Assembly (NCBI GenBank): GCA_052139835.1
Contig: JBKQVT010000104.1
Span: 323-64,322 of the forward strand
Direction: 5' to 3'
DNA length: 64,000 bases
Origin: Thermoguttaceae bacterium
GTDB lineage: Bacteria > Planctomycetota > Planctomycetia > Pirellulales > Thermoguttaceae
In this document: piece after piece, positions 1 through 9,608 of the stretch
Numbering within the stretch: position 1 is the stretch's first letter
Layout: every line of letters begins with the position of its first letter
Program-made: the position numbers and the translations under genes
Notes under the pieces: generated by a model
Seen by the model: only the letters and a program-made list of their open reading frames with translations
What the model was told of the DNA's origin: nothing
Databases searched by the model: none

Positions 1-974
1 AGCTCTTGGGCTACCACATTGCCAACGCGCTGGCCGCGGCGCAGAATTCGCTGCCGCTGCGGAAGGTGCGTTCCTTCATCGCCGTGGGGGGCGATGCCCG
101 CTTCGCCGCCCGGCAAATCGGCCGCCCCACCGACAGCGAAGACCTGGTGATCGTCGATCCGGCGGACTTGGACAAGTTGGTGGAGCGCTGCGGGCGGCAC
201 ACGGCCGAGGAACTGTCGAAGCGCTATGGAATGCCGTTCGCCGAGGCCGAAACCCTCAACCCGGCCCTCTTGGTCTACCAGAATCTGTTGCGGCTGACGC
301 AGGCCACGCAGATGATCGTCTCCCACGTGTCGATGCGCGACGGGCTGCTGCTGGAGCTGGCCCGCGCCGTGACCGGCCAGGAAGACCAGGCCCTGCTGGA
401 AGGCGTGATCCACTCGGCCATGGCCGTGGCGCGGAAATATCGCGTGGACATGACCCACGCGCGGACCGTGGCCGACGTGTCCGTCCGGCTCTTCGACGAG
501 TTGCACGCCGAGCACGGCCTGGGGCCGCGGTATCGCTTGTTGCTGGAAGTGGCCGGGCTGCTGCACGAGGTGGGCGGCTTCGTCAGCAGCCGCAGCCACC
601 ACAAGCACAGCGGCTACCTGATCGCCAATTCCGAGATTTTCGGGCTCAACCGCGACGAGATCGCGGTCGTGGCCCAGGTGGCCCGCTACCATCGCCGCAG
701 CGGGCCGAAGCCCTCGCACGCCGAGTACATGGCGCTGCCCCGCGAGACGCGGGTGACGGTGAACAAGCTGGCGGCGATCTTGCGGGTGGCCGACGCCTTG
801 GCCCGCGGCCACGTCCGCCAGGCCGGCCAACTCCGCTTCGACCGCCAGGGCGACGACCTGGTGATCTCCATCTCCGGCGTGGCCGACGTGCTCTTGGAAG
901 ACCGGGCGGTGGCCAACAAGGGAGACCTCTTCGAGGACATCTACGGCCTGAAGGTCCGGTTGGAAACGGGATAA
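1..974 (+). CDS. ppx: Ppx/GppA-family exopolyphosphatase, C-terminal portion (5' end outside window)
   Basis: ORF 6..974 is open to the window edge and its first codon is TTG, so the gene probably starts upstream. HD-type signature HHKHSGYLIANSEIFGL...RYHRRSGP is typical of Ppx/GppA C-terminal halves. Confidence 0.8.
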   Translation, partial: LLGYHIANALAAAQNSLPLRKVRSFIAVGGDARFAARQIGRPTDSEDLVIVDPADLDKLVERCGRHTAEELSKRYGMPFAEAETLNPALLVYQNLLRLTQATQMIVSHVSMRDGLLLELARAVTGQEDQALLEGVIHSAMAVARKYRVDMTHARTVADVSVRLFDELHAEHGLGPRYRLLLEVAGLLHEVGGFVSSRSHHKHSGYLIANSEIFGLNRDEIAVVAQVARYHRRSGPKPSHAEYMALPRETRVTVNKLAAILRVADALARGHVRQAGQLRFDRQGDDLVISISGVADVLLEDRAVANKGDLFEDIYGLKVRLETG

Positions 975-1000
975 TTGTAGGGCGGGTCGGGGGTGGCGGA

Positions 1001-1840
1001 ATGCAGCGAAACCCATCGCAGTTCAGCCTCCGTACGCTGCTGGCGGCCGTCACCGCCGCGGCGGTGGTTTTCGCGGTGGCAAAATGTGTCGGCGGGCCGG
1101 AGGCAGTTTTGGCGAGCCTGGTGGCCATTCTCCTTGCTATCGGGGGCGCGGTTCTTTACTTGTTCGGTGCCCGCGCATTCGGCGCCTCCTTCGCCGCCGC
1201 GGCCCTCGTGGTGCTGTTTGCCTTTTTGCTGAGCCGCGCCCTGCGCGACGAGGTTCCGCTCCTCAGCGGTATTGCGGTTCTGAGCTTGGCCTGGTTCTAT
1301 TTCGCCATGCGTGGGACGGAGGGGCGCAGACTTCGGGCCGTCGGCATGGGTCTGCTGCTGGGCTTTCTAATGACGTTATTCCCGCTCAGCTACCTCGCAT
1401 GGCGGGCGGCCGGACAGCGGACGATGGAGGAGCAGCAGACCGTAGCCGATGCGCTGATAAGAGATGGTATGAAGAGGCGGGCTCGCGATGGCATCAGGCA
1501 AATAGACAGGCTGCTTGGCGAGTCCGACCGGATTGCCGGCAAGCCGATCACCCTGGATGCCGCGATTCGCCGCGGACGCTGGGCCTACCTCGGCCACGGC
1601 GGTTCCGGGTTGGTGATCGGCGAGCGGGGCACTGCCTTTCTGCGAGCGGACCACGACAAGGTGGCGGTGGACGTGCAGGGCGGCTGCACCCTTTTTGTGC
1701 AATGTGTGCCGAAGCGATGCTTCTTCGTCACGCGCGAGGGTTTCACTGCCGTCGAGGGGGACCTCAGCGGAGCAGACATCAAATCGCGTCTGAAGGAGGC
1801 GAAGAACCTGACCATTTTTGAAGGGGACGAAAAGCCGTAG
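1001..1840 (+). CDS. hypothetical membrane protein
   Basis: ATG ORF 27 nt after the ppx stop. N-terminal QFSLRTLLAAVTAAAVVFAVA anchor plus further hydrophobic helices and a soluble C-terminal ~130 aa. No family recognised. Confidence 0.6.
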   Translation: MQRNPSQFSLRTLLAAVTAAAVVFAVAKCVGGPEAVLASLVAILLAIGGAVLYLFGARAFGASFAAAALVVLFAFLLSRALRDEVPLLSGIAVLSLAWFYFAMRGTEGRRLRAVGMGLLLGFLMTLFPLSYLAWRAAGQRTMEEQQTVADALIRDGMKRRARDGIRQIDRLLGESDRIAGKPITLDAAIRRGRWAYLGHGGSGLVIGERGTAFLRADHDKVAVDVQGGCTLFVQCVPKRCFFVTREGFTAVEGDLSGADIKSRLKEAKNLTIFEGDEKP

Positions 1841-1981
1841 GTTATGCAACCTGCATTTCACGGCTGCCTCGCCGGCGCGAGCTACGCTGGGCAAGCCACT
1901 GCTGAAACGTGGGAAACTGCTCCGAAACTGTTTGGCGGCCGTGGGGCGTGGGCGCCGTGGTCCGTTATGCGCACGCATAAC

Positions 1982-3073
1982 CTACTTGTTTCCGACCCGG
2001 CCCGCCGGCGGCGGGACGTCCAGCTCGGGCAACAGGTCGTGGCCCAGCGATTCCCCCTGCTTGGCCGCATCCTCCCAGAGCAGGCGGGCCCGCGCGCGGT
2101 CCCCTTCCTTGTCCATCGCCAAGAACGTCCCCAAGACGACTTTCGAGCCGGGGGTGTGCGAAAACGAGCGGTTGACCAGCGTGCGGATCACGGCGACCGG
2201 CAGGGCCTCGATGCGGTAGCGCTGCTGCCGGCCGAAGATGTGGATCAGCAACTCGTTGCGGCTGGCCTCGACGATCGCCACGCGGTTGCCCTTGATCTCC
2301 AGCTCGTCGCCGGGGGTCAACTTGGCCACCTCATCGCGCAGCGCGTTCCAGAACTGGTCCAAATGATCGGCGATCGTTTCCAGTCGTTCCGATTCGGCGT
2401 CGTCGGCGGGACTTTGCGCGTTCTTCCGCGCCATTTTCAGGTGCTTATGGGCGGCGGCCATGTCGCGTTGCCAGAAGGCCAGCCGCGTCTGCGCGACCGC
2501 CTTGGCGTAGGCCGCCCGCTTGGCAGCATCTTCCGGCGGCGCCGCGGGCTTCGGCTCTTGCTTCTGCTTGGCGTCGGCGGGGGCAACGTTGGCCGCCGCC
2601 TCCGCCGCCTGCGCGGGGCGGGTCGGGGCAGCGGGGAGAACTTTGTCCACCGGGTGGGTTTCCGCGGGCTTGGGCCCGTGGGCGTCGGGGGGCACGCCGT
2701 CCACGCCCGCCGGCTGCGCGGGGCGGATCGGGGCAGCGGGAGGAACTTTTTCCGCCGCGTTCGCTTCCGCGGGCTGGGTTCCCACCGGGCGCAGCCGGTG
2801 GGCTTGGGACGGTGCGGCGTCCACGCCCGCGGGTTTCGGCCGCTGGGCCTTGGGCGCTGGCGATTGAACCGCTTCCTTTGCGACTTCGGCCTCGGCCGAC
2901 GGTCGTTGCGGACGAGGGTTGAGCACGGCCGCCACCACTCCCGCGAGGGATACGCCAATAAACACCAATAGGGCGGTGATCAGCCAGCCTCGCCAGCCAG
3001 TGTCGGCCTCGGCCGGACCAGAGGGCCGTGTTCGCATTGGATCCATGGTGTTGGCCACGACGATCCTCATCAT
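1982..3073 (-). CDS. hypothetical single-pass membrane protein with Pro/Ala-rich repeat linker
   Basis: ORF 1982..3130. Start placed at the MM pair (3073) because the first codons of the long ORF translate a REP hairpin (3105-3129). TM helix WLITALLVFIGVSLAGVVAAVL, two imperfect 35-40 aa repeats (PAGVD...AAP.RPAQ), ordered C-terminal ~190 aa. Confidence 0.55.
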   Translation of the reverse strand: MMRIVVANTMDPMRTRPSGPAEADTGWRGWLITALLVFIGVSLAGVVAAVLNPRPQRPSAEAEVAKEAVQSPAPKAQRPKPAGVDAAPSQAHRLRPVGTQPAEANAAEKVPPAAPIRPAQPAGVDGVPPDAHGPKPAETHPVDKVLPAAPTRPAQAAEAAANVAPADAKQKQEPKPAAPPEDAAKRAAYAKAVAQTRLAFWQRDMAAAHKHLKMARKNAQSPADDAESERLETIADHLDQFWNALRDEVAKLTPGDELEIKGNRVAIVEASRNELLIHIFGRQQRYRIEALPVAVIRTLVNRSFSHTPGSKVVLGTFLAMDKEGDRARARLLWEDAAKQGESLGHDLLPELDVPPPAGRVGNK

Positions 3074-3104
3074 CCTGGTTTTGGACGCATCTATTTTACA
3101 CCGC

Positions 3105-3130
3105 TGCCACGGCTGTGTCAGCCGTGGCAC
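3105..3130. repeat. REP-like palindrome TGCCACGGCT-GTGTC-AGCCGTGGCA
   Basis: 10-bp stem and 5-nt loop read directly. 22 nt are identical to the reverse complement of 9565-9587. Confidence 0.8.
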
Positions 3131-3249
3131 AAGGGGTAAGATTACGTTATCTCCCGGTTGCGGGAACTAACGCCCGTTGCTGGGCGTCTCTAACTGCGTT
3201 TGGGGCGGGGGAAGACGGTAGCGATGCCAATTTTCGAGGAGATTGCACG

Positions 3250-6200
3250 ATGAAGACGACTGTGGGGATGATTTTCTTGGCCCTCGGCGGCCTGTTGCTG
3301 GGGGGTACGGTCTTGGCGGCGGACCCCATTCCAGACGGCCAGGCCAGCCAAGCCCCGCGGGACGGCTTGTACAAGACAATGGACCAGGGGAACTTCAAGG
3401 ACGCCTACGATGGCCTGCGAAAAATCATCCTCGCGCCGGGCCAGCCGGTGGGTGAGGACCTCTCTCGGGCAGTCACCTGCCTGGAGCGGCTCAATCGCAC
3501 CAACGAGATCGACGAGTTGCTGGAAGCGGCCGTCAAGGCCCAGCAGGATGCCCCCCGAAAGTGGCTATTCCTCTGGGACATCGCTCAGCAATACATGCAA
3601 GTGCCGAAGCAGGGCGTCATCGTGGCGGGCAAATTCTCTCGCGGCCCGCACCGCGGCGGCGACGGGCGCTGGGTCAATGCGGCGGCCCGCGACCGCGTCC
3701 GGGCGTTGCAATTGATGACGCAGGCCATGCCCAACGCCCGCAACGACGACGAGCATCGCAAGGTTTCCGGTTTCCTGCGGGCCTTGGCCGACATGCTCTT
3801 GAACAATCGCGGCTTCCAGGAGTCGTGGCGGCTGCAATACAAGACCGACCTGGGCGTGCTGCCCGATTATGAAGAGGGCTGGGGCTGGGGGCGGGGTTGG
3901 GGATTCCGCGGCGGGCAGGTCCAGGGGGCCCCGGTCGATACGGACGGCAAGCCCGTCTTCTACAGCGTCCCCAAGGACTGGGACCAGGCCCAGAACGACG
4001 GCCAGCGCTGGCGATGGTGTCTCCAGCAGGCGGTCGAGTTCGACGCCCAGCGGACCAACGAGGTGCGGATGAAGTTCGCCGATTTCCTCCAGCAGCAGTT
4101 CGGCGTGCAGACGATGGCGGAGTTCGGCTGGCGATTCGGCCGCATGGCCAGCGACGACAGCAAGGAGGACACCAGCGGGACCTACGCGCTGAATACCCTG
4201 GGCGAGGACGAGACGATTGCCCGGCTGGCCACGGGCGTGAAGCGGTTCAAGCTCCCGGACGAGTTCAACTACATCAGGATTTACCAGCAGGTGGCCGACG
4301 ATCCGAAGACCGGCTGCGGCGCCGATGCGCTGGACCATCTGGCCAGGGAGTTTGAGAACCGGCGGCAGTATCCCAAGGCGGCCGACTACTTGCGCCGGGC
4401 GCTAAAGGAATATCCCAACGACGAACGGGCGAGGACGGACATTGCCGGTACCTGGAAGTACCGCTTGGAGCAGATCGAGGGCAACTGGGGCCGCTTCGAG
4501 CCGGTCATGACGCAGCCGGCCGGCCAGGGGGCCACGGTCGAGTATCGCTTCCGCAACGGCGACCAGGTCGATTTCACCGCCCAGGAAATCAAGGTCGAAA
4601 AGCTCCTCGACGACGTGAAGGCGTACATCAAGGCCCATCCCAATCAACTGGATTGGCGGAAGATCAACCTCGGCGACATCGGCTTCCGCCTGGTGACGGA
4701 GAATCAGAAGGAGTATCTCGGCCAGCAGGTGGCCCAGTGGAAACTGCCCTTGAAACCGCGGCCGGCGCACTTCGACCAGCGGATCACCGTGGCCACGCCG
4801 CTGCAAAAGGCCGGGGCCTACCTGTTGACCGCGAAGATGAACCGCGGCAACGCCTCGTGCATCGTCATCTGGCTCAACGACACGGCGATCGTCCGCAAGC
4901 CGATGCAGGGGAAGAACTACTATTACATCGCTGACGCCGCCGCGGGCACGCCGGTCGCCAAGGCCGAGGTCGAGTTCTTCGGTTGGCAGCAGCAGTGGCG
5001 TCAGCCGAACCATATTGACATTGAAACGAAGCAATTCGCCGAGTACGCCGACGCCGACGGCCAGGTGCTGACCGATCCGCAGCGGCAGCCCACTTACCCC
5101 TGGCAGTGGCTGGTCATCGCCCGGACGAAGGAGGGCCGCTTCGGCTACCTGGGCTTCAACGGCGTTTGGTATGGGAGTTGGTACGATGCCGACTACAACG
5201 CGACCAAAGTGTTTCCGATCACCGATCGGCCGGTCTACCGTCCCGGGCAGACGGTGGAGTACAAGTTCTGGGTCGAGCACGCCCAGTACGACCAGGCGGA
5301 TACCTCGGCCTTCGCCGGCCAGTCGTTCACCATCGAGATTCACAATCCCAAGGGGGAGAAGGTTGTCTCCGTGGAGCAGAAGGCCGACGCCTACGGCGGG
5401 CTGGAGGGCCATTACAAGCTGCCGGCCGACGCCACGCTGGGCGAATACGGCATGATGGTCAAGCAGGGCAATAATTACCTGGGCGGCGGCAGCTTCCGCG
5501 TCGAGGAATACAAGAAGCCCGAGTTCGAGGTGAACGTCGAGGCCCCGAAAGAGCCGGTGATGCTGGGCGAAAAGATCACGGCCACCATCGAGGCCAAGTA
5601 TTACTTCGGCTCGCCGGTCACTCACGCCAAGGTGAAGTACAAGATCATGCGGAGCAGTCAAACGGAGCCCTGGTATCCGTGCTGGCGCTGGGACTGGCTC
5701 TACGGCCCCGGCTATTGGTGGTTTGCCTACGACTGCCCCTGGTATCCGGGCTGGAGCCATTGGTGCGGTTGCTGCCGGCCGATTCCGTTCTGGTGGCCTC
5801 ATGCCCAGCAGCCGCCCGAGTTGGTGGCCGAGCGGGAAATGGAGATCGGCTCCGACGGCAAGGTGAAGGTCGAGATCGACACGGAAGTGGCCAAGGCGAT
5901 CCATCCCGACCAGGACCACCGCTACACGATCACGGCCGAGGTGGTCGACGCGTCGCGGCGGACCATCGTCGGCGAGGGCACGGTGCTGGTGGCGCGAAAG
6001 CCGTTCAAGGTCTACGCCTGGGTCAACCGCGGCTATTATCGCGTCGGCGACACCATCCATGCCTCCTTCAACGCCCATACGTTGGACAACAAGCCGGTCG
6101 AGGGCAAGGGAATGCTCACGCTGCTGCGGATCACCTATCGGAAGGACAAGAGCGGCAACCTCGAGCCGGTGGAGACGCCCTGGGCGCCGACCTGGGTGCT

Positions 6201-9200
6201 CCCGACCGACGCGGAGGGCCAGGCCCAGCAGCAACTGACGGCCTCGCAGGCCGGGCAATATCGCCTCTCCTACAAGCTGACCGACGGCAAGAACCACACC
6301 ATCGAGGGCGGCTACCTGTTCACCGTCATCGGCGAGGGTTTTGACAGCTCGCAGTTCCGCTTCAACCACCTGGAACTGGTTCCCGAGAAGGCCGACTATG
6401 CGCCGGGCGAGAAGGTGAAGCTGCAGATCAACACCGATCGGGCCGGCAGCACGGTGCTGTTGTTCGCCCGGCCGGCCAACGGCGTCTATCTGCCGCCGCG
6501 GGTCATCCGCATGGACGGCAAGAGCGCGGTGGCGGAGGTCGAGGTGACGAAGAAGGACATGCCCAACTTCTTCGTCGAGGCGGTGGCCGTGGCCGACGGC
6601 CGCGTCTACACCGAGGTCCGGCAGATCACCGTCCCGCCCGAGAAACGGGTGCTGGACATCGAGGTGATCCCTTCGGCGGCGACCTACCGGCCGGGCCAGA
6701 AGGCCAAGGTGAAGATCAAGCTGACCGATGCCCAGGGCAAGCCCTTTGTGGGCTCGACGGTGGTGGCGATCTATGACAAGTCGGTCGAGTACATCTCCGG
6801 CGGGTCGAATGTGCCGGAGATCAAAGAATTCTTCTGGAAGTGGCAGCGGCACCACTCCCCCAACACGGAGTCCAACCTCGGCCGGACGTTCAATAACCTC
6901 ATTTCTCCGAACACGATCGGCATGGGCGACCTGGGCATCTTCGGCCGCAGCGTGGCGGAGGAGTATTCGAAGGATAAAGCGATGGAGCAAGAGGACGGAG
7001 AGGGCATCCTGGACCTCAACGGTGCCGGCGGCGTAGGGTACGGCGCCCGCCGCGCCGCGGGCGCGGCGTTTTCAGCGGACGGTATGGCCCTTGATAGGCT
7101 TGAAAAGAAGGCGGAGGCGAAGCCCATGCCGACGGCGCCGCAGGCGATGGGCCGCGTGATGAATCGCGCCGCGGCTGGCGGCCAGCCCGGCCACGGTGCT
7201 GGCGGCCCGCTGGTCCAGCCGACGCTGCGGACCAAGTTCGCCGACACCGCCCTCTGGGTCGGCAACCTCACCACCGAGAGCAACGGCACCGCCGAAGTGG
7301 CCCTCGACATGCCCGAGAACCTCACCACCTGGCGGATCAAGGTCTGGGGCATGGGCCACGGCACCAAGGTGGGCCAGGGCCAGACCGACGTCATTACCCG
7401 CAAGGACCTGATCGTCCGCCTGGAGGCCCCGCGGTTCTTCGTCCAGACCGACGAAGTGGTCCTGTCGGCTATCGTGCATAACTTCCTCAAGACGAAGAAA
7501 TCGGTCCAGGTGGCGATGGAACTGGGCGGCAAGACGCTCCAGCCGCTGGACGAGTTGACACGGACGGTCGAGATCGCCCCGCAGGGCGAGGTCCGCGTCG
7601 ATTGGCGCGTCAAAGTGCTCGACGAGGGCGAGGCCGTCATCCGCATGAAGGCGCTGACGGACGAAGAATCCGACGCCATGGAGCAGCGGTTCCCCTGCTA
7701 TATCCACGGCATGTTGAAGATGGATGCCTGGTCCGGCGTGATCCGGCCCAAGGACACCACGGGCCAGTTCGGTGTGAGCGTGCCCGAGGCCCGGCGGCCG
7801 CAGCAATCGCGGATCGAGGTCCGCTATTCGCCCACGCTGGCCGGGGCCATGGTCGACGCCCTACCCTACCTGGTCGATTATCCCTACGGCTGCACGGAGC
7901 AGACGCTCAACCGTTTCCTGCCCACGGTCATCACGCAGAAGGTCCTCTTGGAGATGCACCTGAATCTGGAGCAGATCCGCAAGAAGCGGACCAACCTCAA
8001 CGCCCAGGAAATCGGCGAGGACACCGAGCGTGCCAAGCAGTGGAAGCGTTACGGGCGCAATCCGGTTTTCGACGAGGACGAAGTCCGCAAGATGGTCAAG
8101 GACGGGGTCGAGCGGCTGACCGAGATGCAGCTTTCCGACGGCGGCTGGGGGTGGTTCTCCGGTTGGGGCGAGCAGTCCTGGCCGCACACCACGGCCCTGG
8201 TGGTCCACGGCCTGCAACAGGCCCGGCAGAACGACGTGGCCATCGTGCCCGGCACGCTCGATCGCGGCATCGCGTGGCTGCGGCGCTACCAGGACGAGCA
8301 GATCCAGTGGATCAAGAACTGGTCGCTGCGGGAGAAGCAGCCGGGATTGCCCGCCAAGCCGCACGCCGACGAGCTGGACGCCTTCGTCTACATGGTGCTG
8401 GTCGACGCGGGCGTGAAAAACGCCGAGATGCGCGATTTCCTTTATCGCGACCGCACCGAGATCGCCGTCTACGCCAAGGCCATGTTCGGCATCGCGCTGG
8501 AGAAGCAGGGCGAGAAGGAGAAGCTCGCCATGATCCTCCGCAACATCAGCCAATATGTCCAGCAGGATGACGAGGACCAGACGGCCTGGCTCAACCTGCC
8601 CGGCGGCTACTGGTGGTATTGGTACGGCAGCGAGTACGAGGCCGAGGCCTATTACTTGAAGCTGTTGGCGCGGACCGATCCCAAGGGCGAGCTGGCCCCG
8701 CGGCTGGTCAAGTACCTGCTGAACAACCGCAAGAACGCCACTTACTGGACCTCGACCCGCGACACGGCGATCGTGGTGGAGGCGATGGCCGACTTCGTCC
8801 GCGCCAGCGGCGAGCAGCGTCCCGAGATGACCGTCCAGGTCTTCTGGGACGGCAAGCTGCAACAGGCGGTCGAGATCACCCCCCAGACGCTCTTCCAGTT
8901 CGACAACAAGTTCGTGCTGGAGGGCGAGGCGGTCGCGACGGGCAAACACGAGGTGAAGCTCGTCAAACAGGGGACCGGACCGCTCTACTACAACGGCTAC
9001 CTGACGAACTTCACCCTGGAGGACTTCATCACCAAGGCCGGCCTGGAGATCAAGGTCGGGCGGAAGTACTACAAGCTCATCGAGGCCGACAAGTCGATCC
9101 ACGCGGCCGGCTCGCGCGGCCAGGTGGTCGACCAGAAGGTCCAGAAGTATCGGCGCGAGGAACTGGAAAACCTCGCCACGCTCAAGAGCGGCGACCTGGT

Positions 9201-9543
9201 CGAGGTCGAACTGGAGATCCAGAGCAAAAACGACTACGAGTACCTGGTCTTCGAGGACATGAAGCCGGCCGGCTTCGAGCCGGTGGACTTGCGGAGCGGC
9301 TACACGGGCAACGACCTGGGGGCGTACGTGGAATTCCGCGACAACCGCGTGGTCTTCTTCGCCCGTACCCTGGCCCGCGGCAAGCACAGCGTGTGCTACC
9401 GCATGCGGGCGGAGGTCCCCGGCCGCTTCAGCGCCTTGCCCACGCGGGCCTGGGCGATGTATGCCCCCGAGCTGAAGGCCAATTCCGACGAGATCAAGTT
9501 GAAGGTGAAGGACGAAACGGCACGGGCCCCGGAGGGGCGGTAG
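3250..9543 (+). CDS. alpha-2-macroglobulin family protein with thioester (2097 aa)
   Basis: ATG at 3250 in frame with ORF 3028..9543. Signal peptide MKTTVGMIFLALGGLLLGGTVLAADP. Thioester motif YPYGCTEQTLNRF (TGC ACG GAG CAG at 7891-7902). Repeated MG-like beta-sandwich stretches (RPVYRPGQTVEYKFW, TYRPGQKAKVKIKL). C-terminal A2M receptor-like region. Confidence 0.9.
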   Translation: MKTTVGMIFLALGGLLLGGTVLAADPIPDGQASQAPRDGLYKTMDQGNFKDAYDGLRKIILAPGQPVGEDLSRAVTCLERLNRTNEIDELLEAAVKAQQDAPRKWLFLWDIAQQYMQVPKQGVIVAGKFSRGPHRGGDGRWVNAAARDRVRALQLMTQAMPNARNDDEHRKVSGFLRALADMLLNNRGFQESWRLQYKTDLGVLPDYEEGWGWGRGWGFRGGQVQGAPVDTDGKPVFYSVPKDWDQAQNDGQRWRWCLQQAVEFDAQRTNEVRMKFADFLQQQFGVQTMAEFGWRFGRMASDDSKEDTSGTYALNTLGEDETIARLATGVKRFKLPDEFNYIRIYQQVADDPKTGCGADALDHLAREFENRRQYPKAADYLRRALKEYPNDERARTDIAGTWKYRLEQIEGNWGRFEPVMTQPAGQGATVEYRFRNGDQVDFTAQEIKVEKLLDDVKAYIKAHPNQLDWRKINLGDIGFRLVTENQKEYLGQQVAQWKLPLKPRPAHFDQRITVATPLQKAGAYLLTAKMNRGNASCIVIWLNDTAIVRKPMQGKNYYYIADAAAGTPVAKAEVEFFGWQQQWRQPNHIDIETKQFAEYADADGQVLTDPQRQPTYPWQWLVIARTKEGRFGYLGFNGVWYGSWYDADYNATKVFPITDRPVYRPGQTVEYKFWVEHAQYDQADTSAFAGQSFTIEIHNPKGEKVVSVEQKADAYGGLEGHYKLPADATLGEYGMMVKQGNNYLGGGSFRVEEYKKPEFEVNVEAPKEPVMLGEKITATIEAKYYFGSPVTHAKVKYKIMRSSQTEPWYPCWRWDWLYGPGYWWFAYDCPWYPGWSHWCGCCRPIPFWWPHAQQPPELVAEREMEIGSDGKVKVEIDTEVAKAIHPDQDHRYTITAEVVDASRRTIVGEGTVLVARKPFKVYAWVNRGYYRVGDTIHASFNAHTLDNKPVEGKGMLTLLRITYRKDKSGNLEPVETPWAPTWVLPTDAEGQAQQQLTASQAGQYRLSYKLTDGKNHTIEGGYLFTVIGEGFDSSQFRFNHLELVPEKADYAPGEKVKLQINTDRAGSTVLLFARPANGVYLPPRVIRMDGKSAVAEVEVTKKDMPNFFVEAVAVADGRVYTEVRQITVPPEKRVLDIEVIPSAATYRPGQKAKVKIKLTDAQGKPFVGSTVVAIYDKSVEYISGGSNVPEIKEFFWKWQRHHSPNTESNLGRTFNNLISPNTIGMGDLGIFGRSVAEEYSKDKAMEQEDGEGILDLNGAGGVGYGARRAAGAAFSADGMALDRLEKKAEAKPMPTAPQAMGRVMNRAAAGGQPGHGAGGPLVQPTLRTKFADTALWVGNLTTESNGTAEVALDMPENLTTWRIKVWGMGHGTKVGQGQTDVITRKDLIVRLEAPRFFVQTDEVVLSAIVHNFLKTKKSVQVAMELGGKTLQPLDELTRTVEIAPQGEVRVDWRVKVLDEGEAVIRMKALTDEESDAMEQRFPCYIHGMLKMDAWSGVIRPKDTTGQFGVSVPEARRPQQSRIEVRYSPTLAGAMVDALPYLVDYPYGCTEQTLNRFLPTVITQKVLLEMHLNLEQIRKKRTNLNAQEIGEDTERAKQWKRYGRNPVFDEDEVRKMVKDGVERLTEMQLSDGGWGWFSGWGEQSWPHTTALVVHGLQQARQNDVAIVPGTLDRGIAWLRRYQDEQIQWIKNWSLREKQPGLPAKPHADELDAFVYMVLVDAGVKNAEMRDFLYRDRTEIAVYAKAMFGIALEKQGEKEKLAMILRNISQYVQQDDEDQTAWLNLPGGYWWYWYGSEYEAEAYYLKLLARTDPKGELAPRLVKYLLNNRKNATYWTSTRDTAIVVEAMADFVRASGEQRPEMTVQVFWDGKLQQAVEITPQTLFQFDNKFVLEGEAVATGKHEVKLVKQGTGPLYYNGYLTNFTLEDFITKAGLEIKVGRKYYKLIEADKSIHAAGSRGQVVDQKVQKYRREELENLATLKSGDLVEVELEIQSKNDYEYLVFEDMKPAGFEPVDLRSGYTGNDLGAYVEFRDNRVVFFARTLARGKHSVCYRMRAEVPGRFSALPTRAWAMYAPELKANSDEIKLKVKDETARAPEGR

Positions 9544-9549
9544 CCGGCA

Positions 9550-9587
9550 GCCACGGCGCAACCGCACGGCTGACACAGCCGTGGCAC
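9550..9587. repeat. REP-like palindrome (inverted copy of 3105-3130), probable terminator of the A2M gene
   Basis: CACGGCT-GACAC-AGCCGTG hairpin 20 nt after the A2M stop. An extra upstream GCCACGGC half-site allows an alternative pairing. Confidence 0.7.
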
Positions 9588-9608
9588 GCTGCAATTCCCC
9601 ACAGGCGC

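Noticed and set aside
1844-2971. 375-aa plus-strand ORF opposite the 1982..3073 gene
   Set aside because: It is dominated by Arg/Gly/Leu repeats (GLRLLLLLGVGGG, RRLRGA…). The minus-strand product has a clean TM helix and an ordered C-terminal domain.
4402-6990. 862-aa ORF antisense to the alpha-2-macroglobulin gene. Similar ORFs occur at 7861..9840, 7072..7806 and 3565..4338.
   Set aside because: These ORFs lie entirely inside, and antisense to, a gene with clear domain homology. Their composition is dominated by Arg/Gly/Leu/His/Asp/Pro runs with no motifs. This is the expected stop-codon-poor shadow frame in GC-rich DNA.
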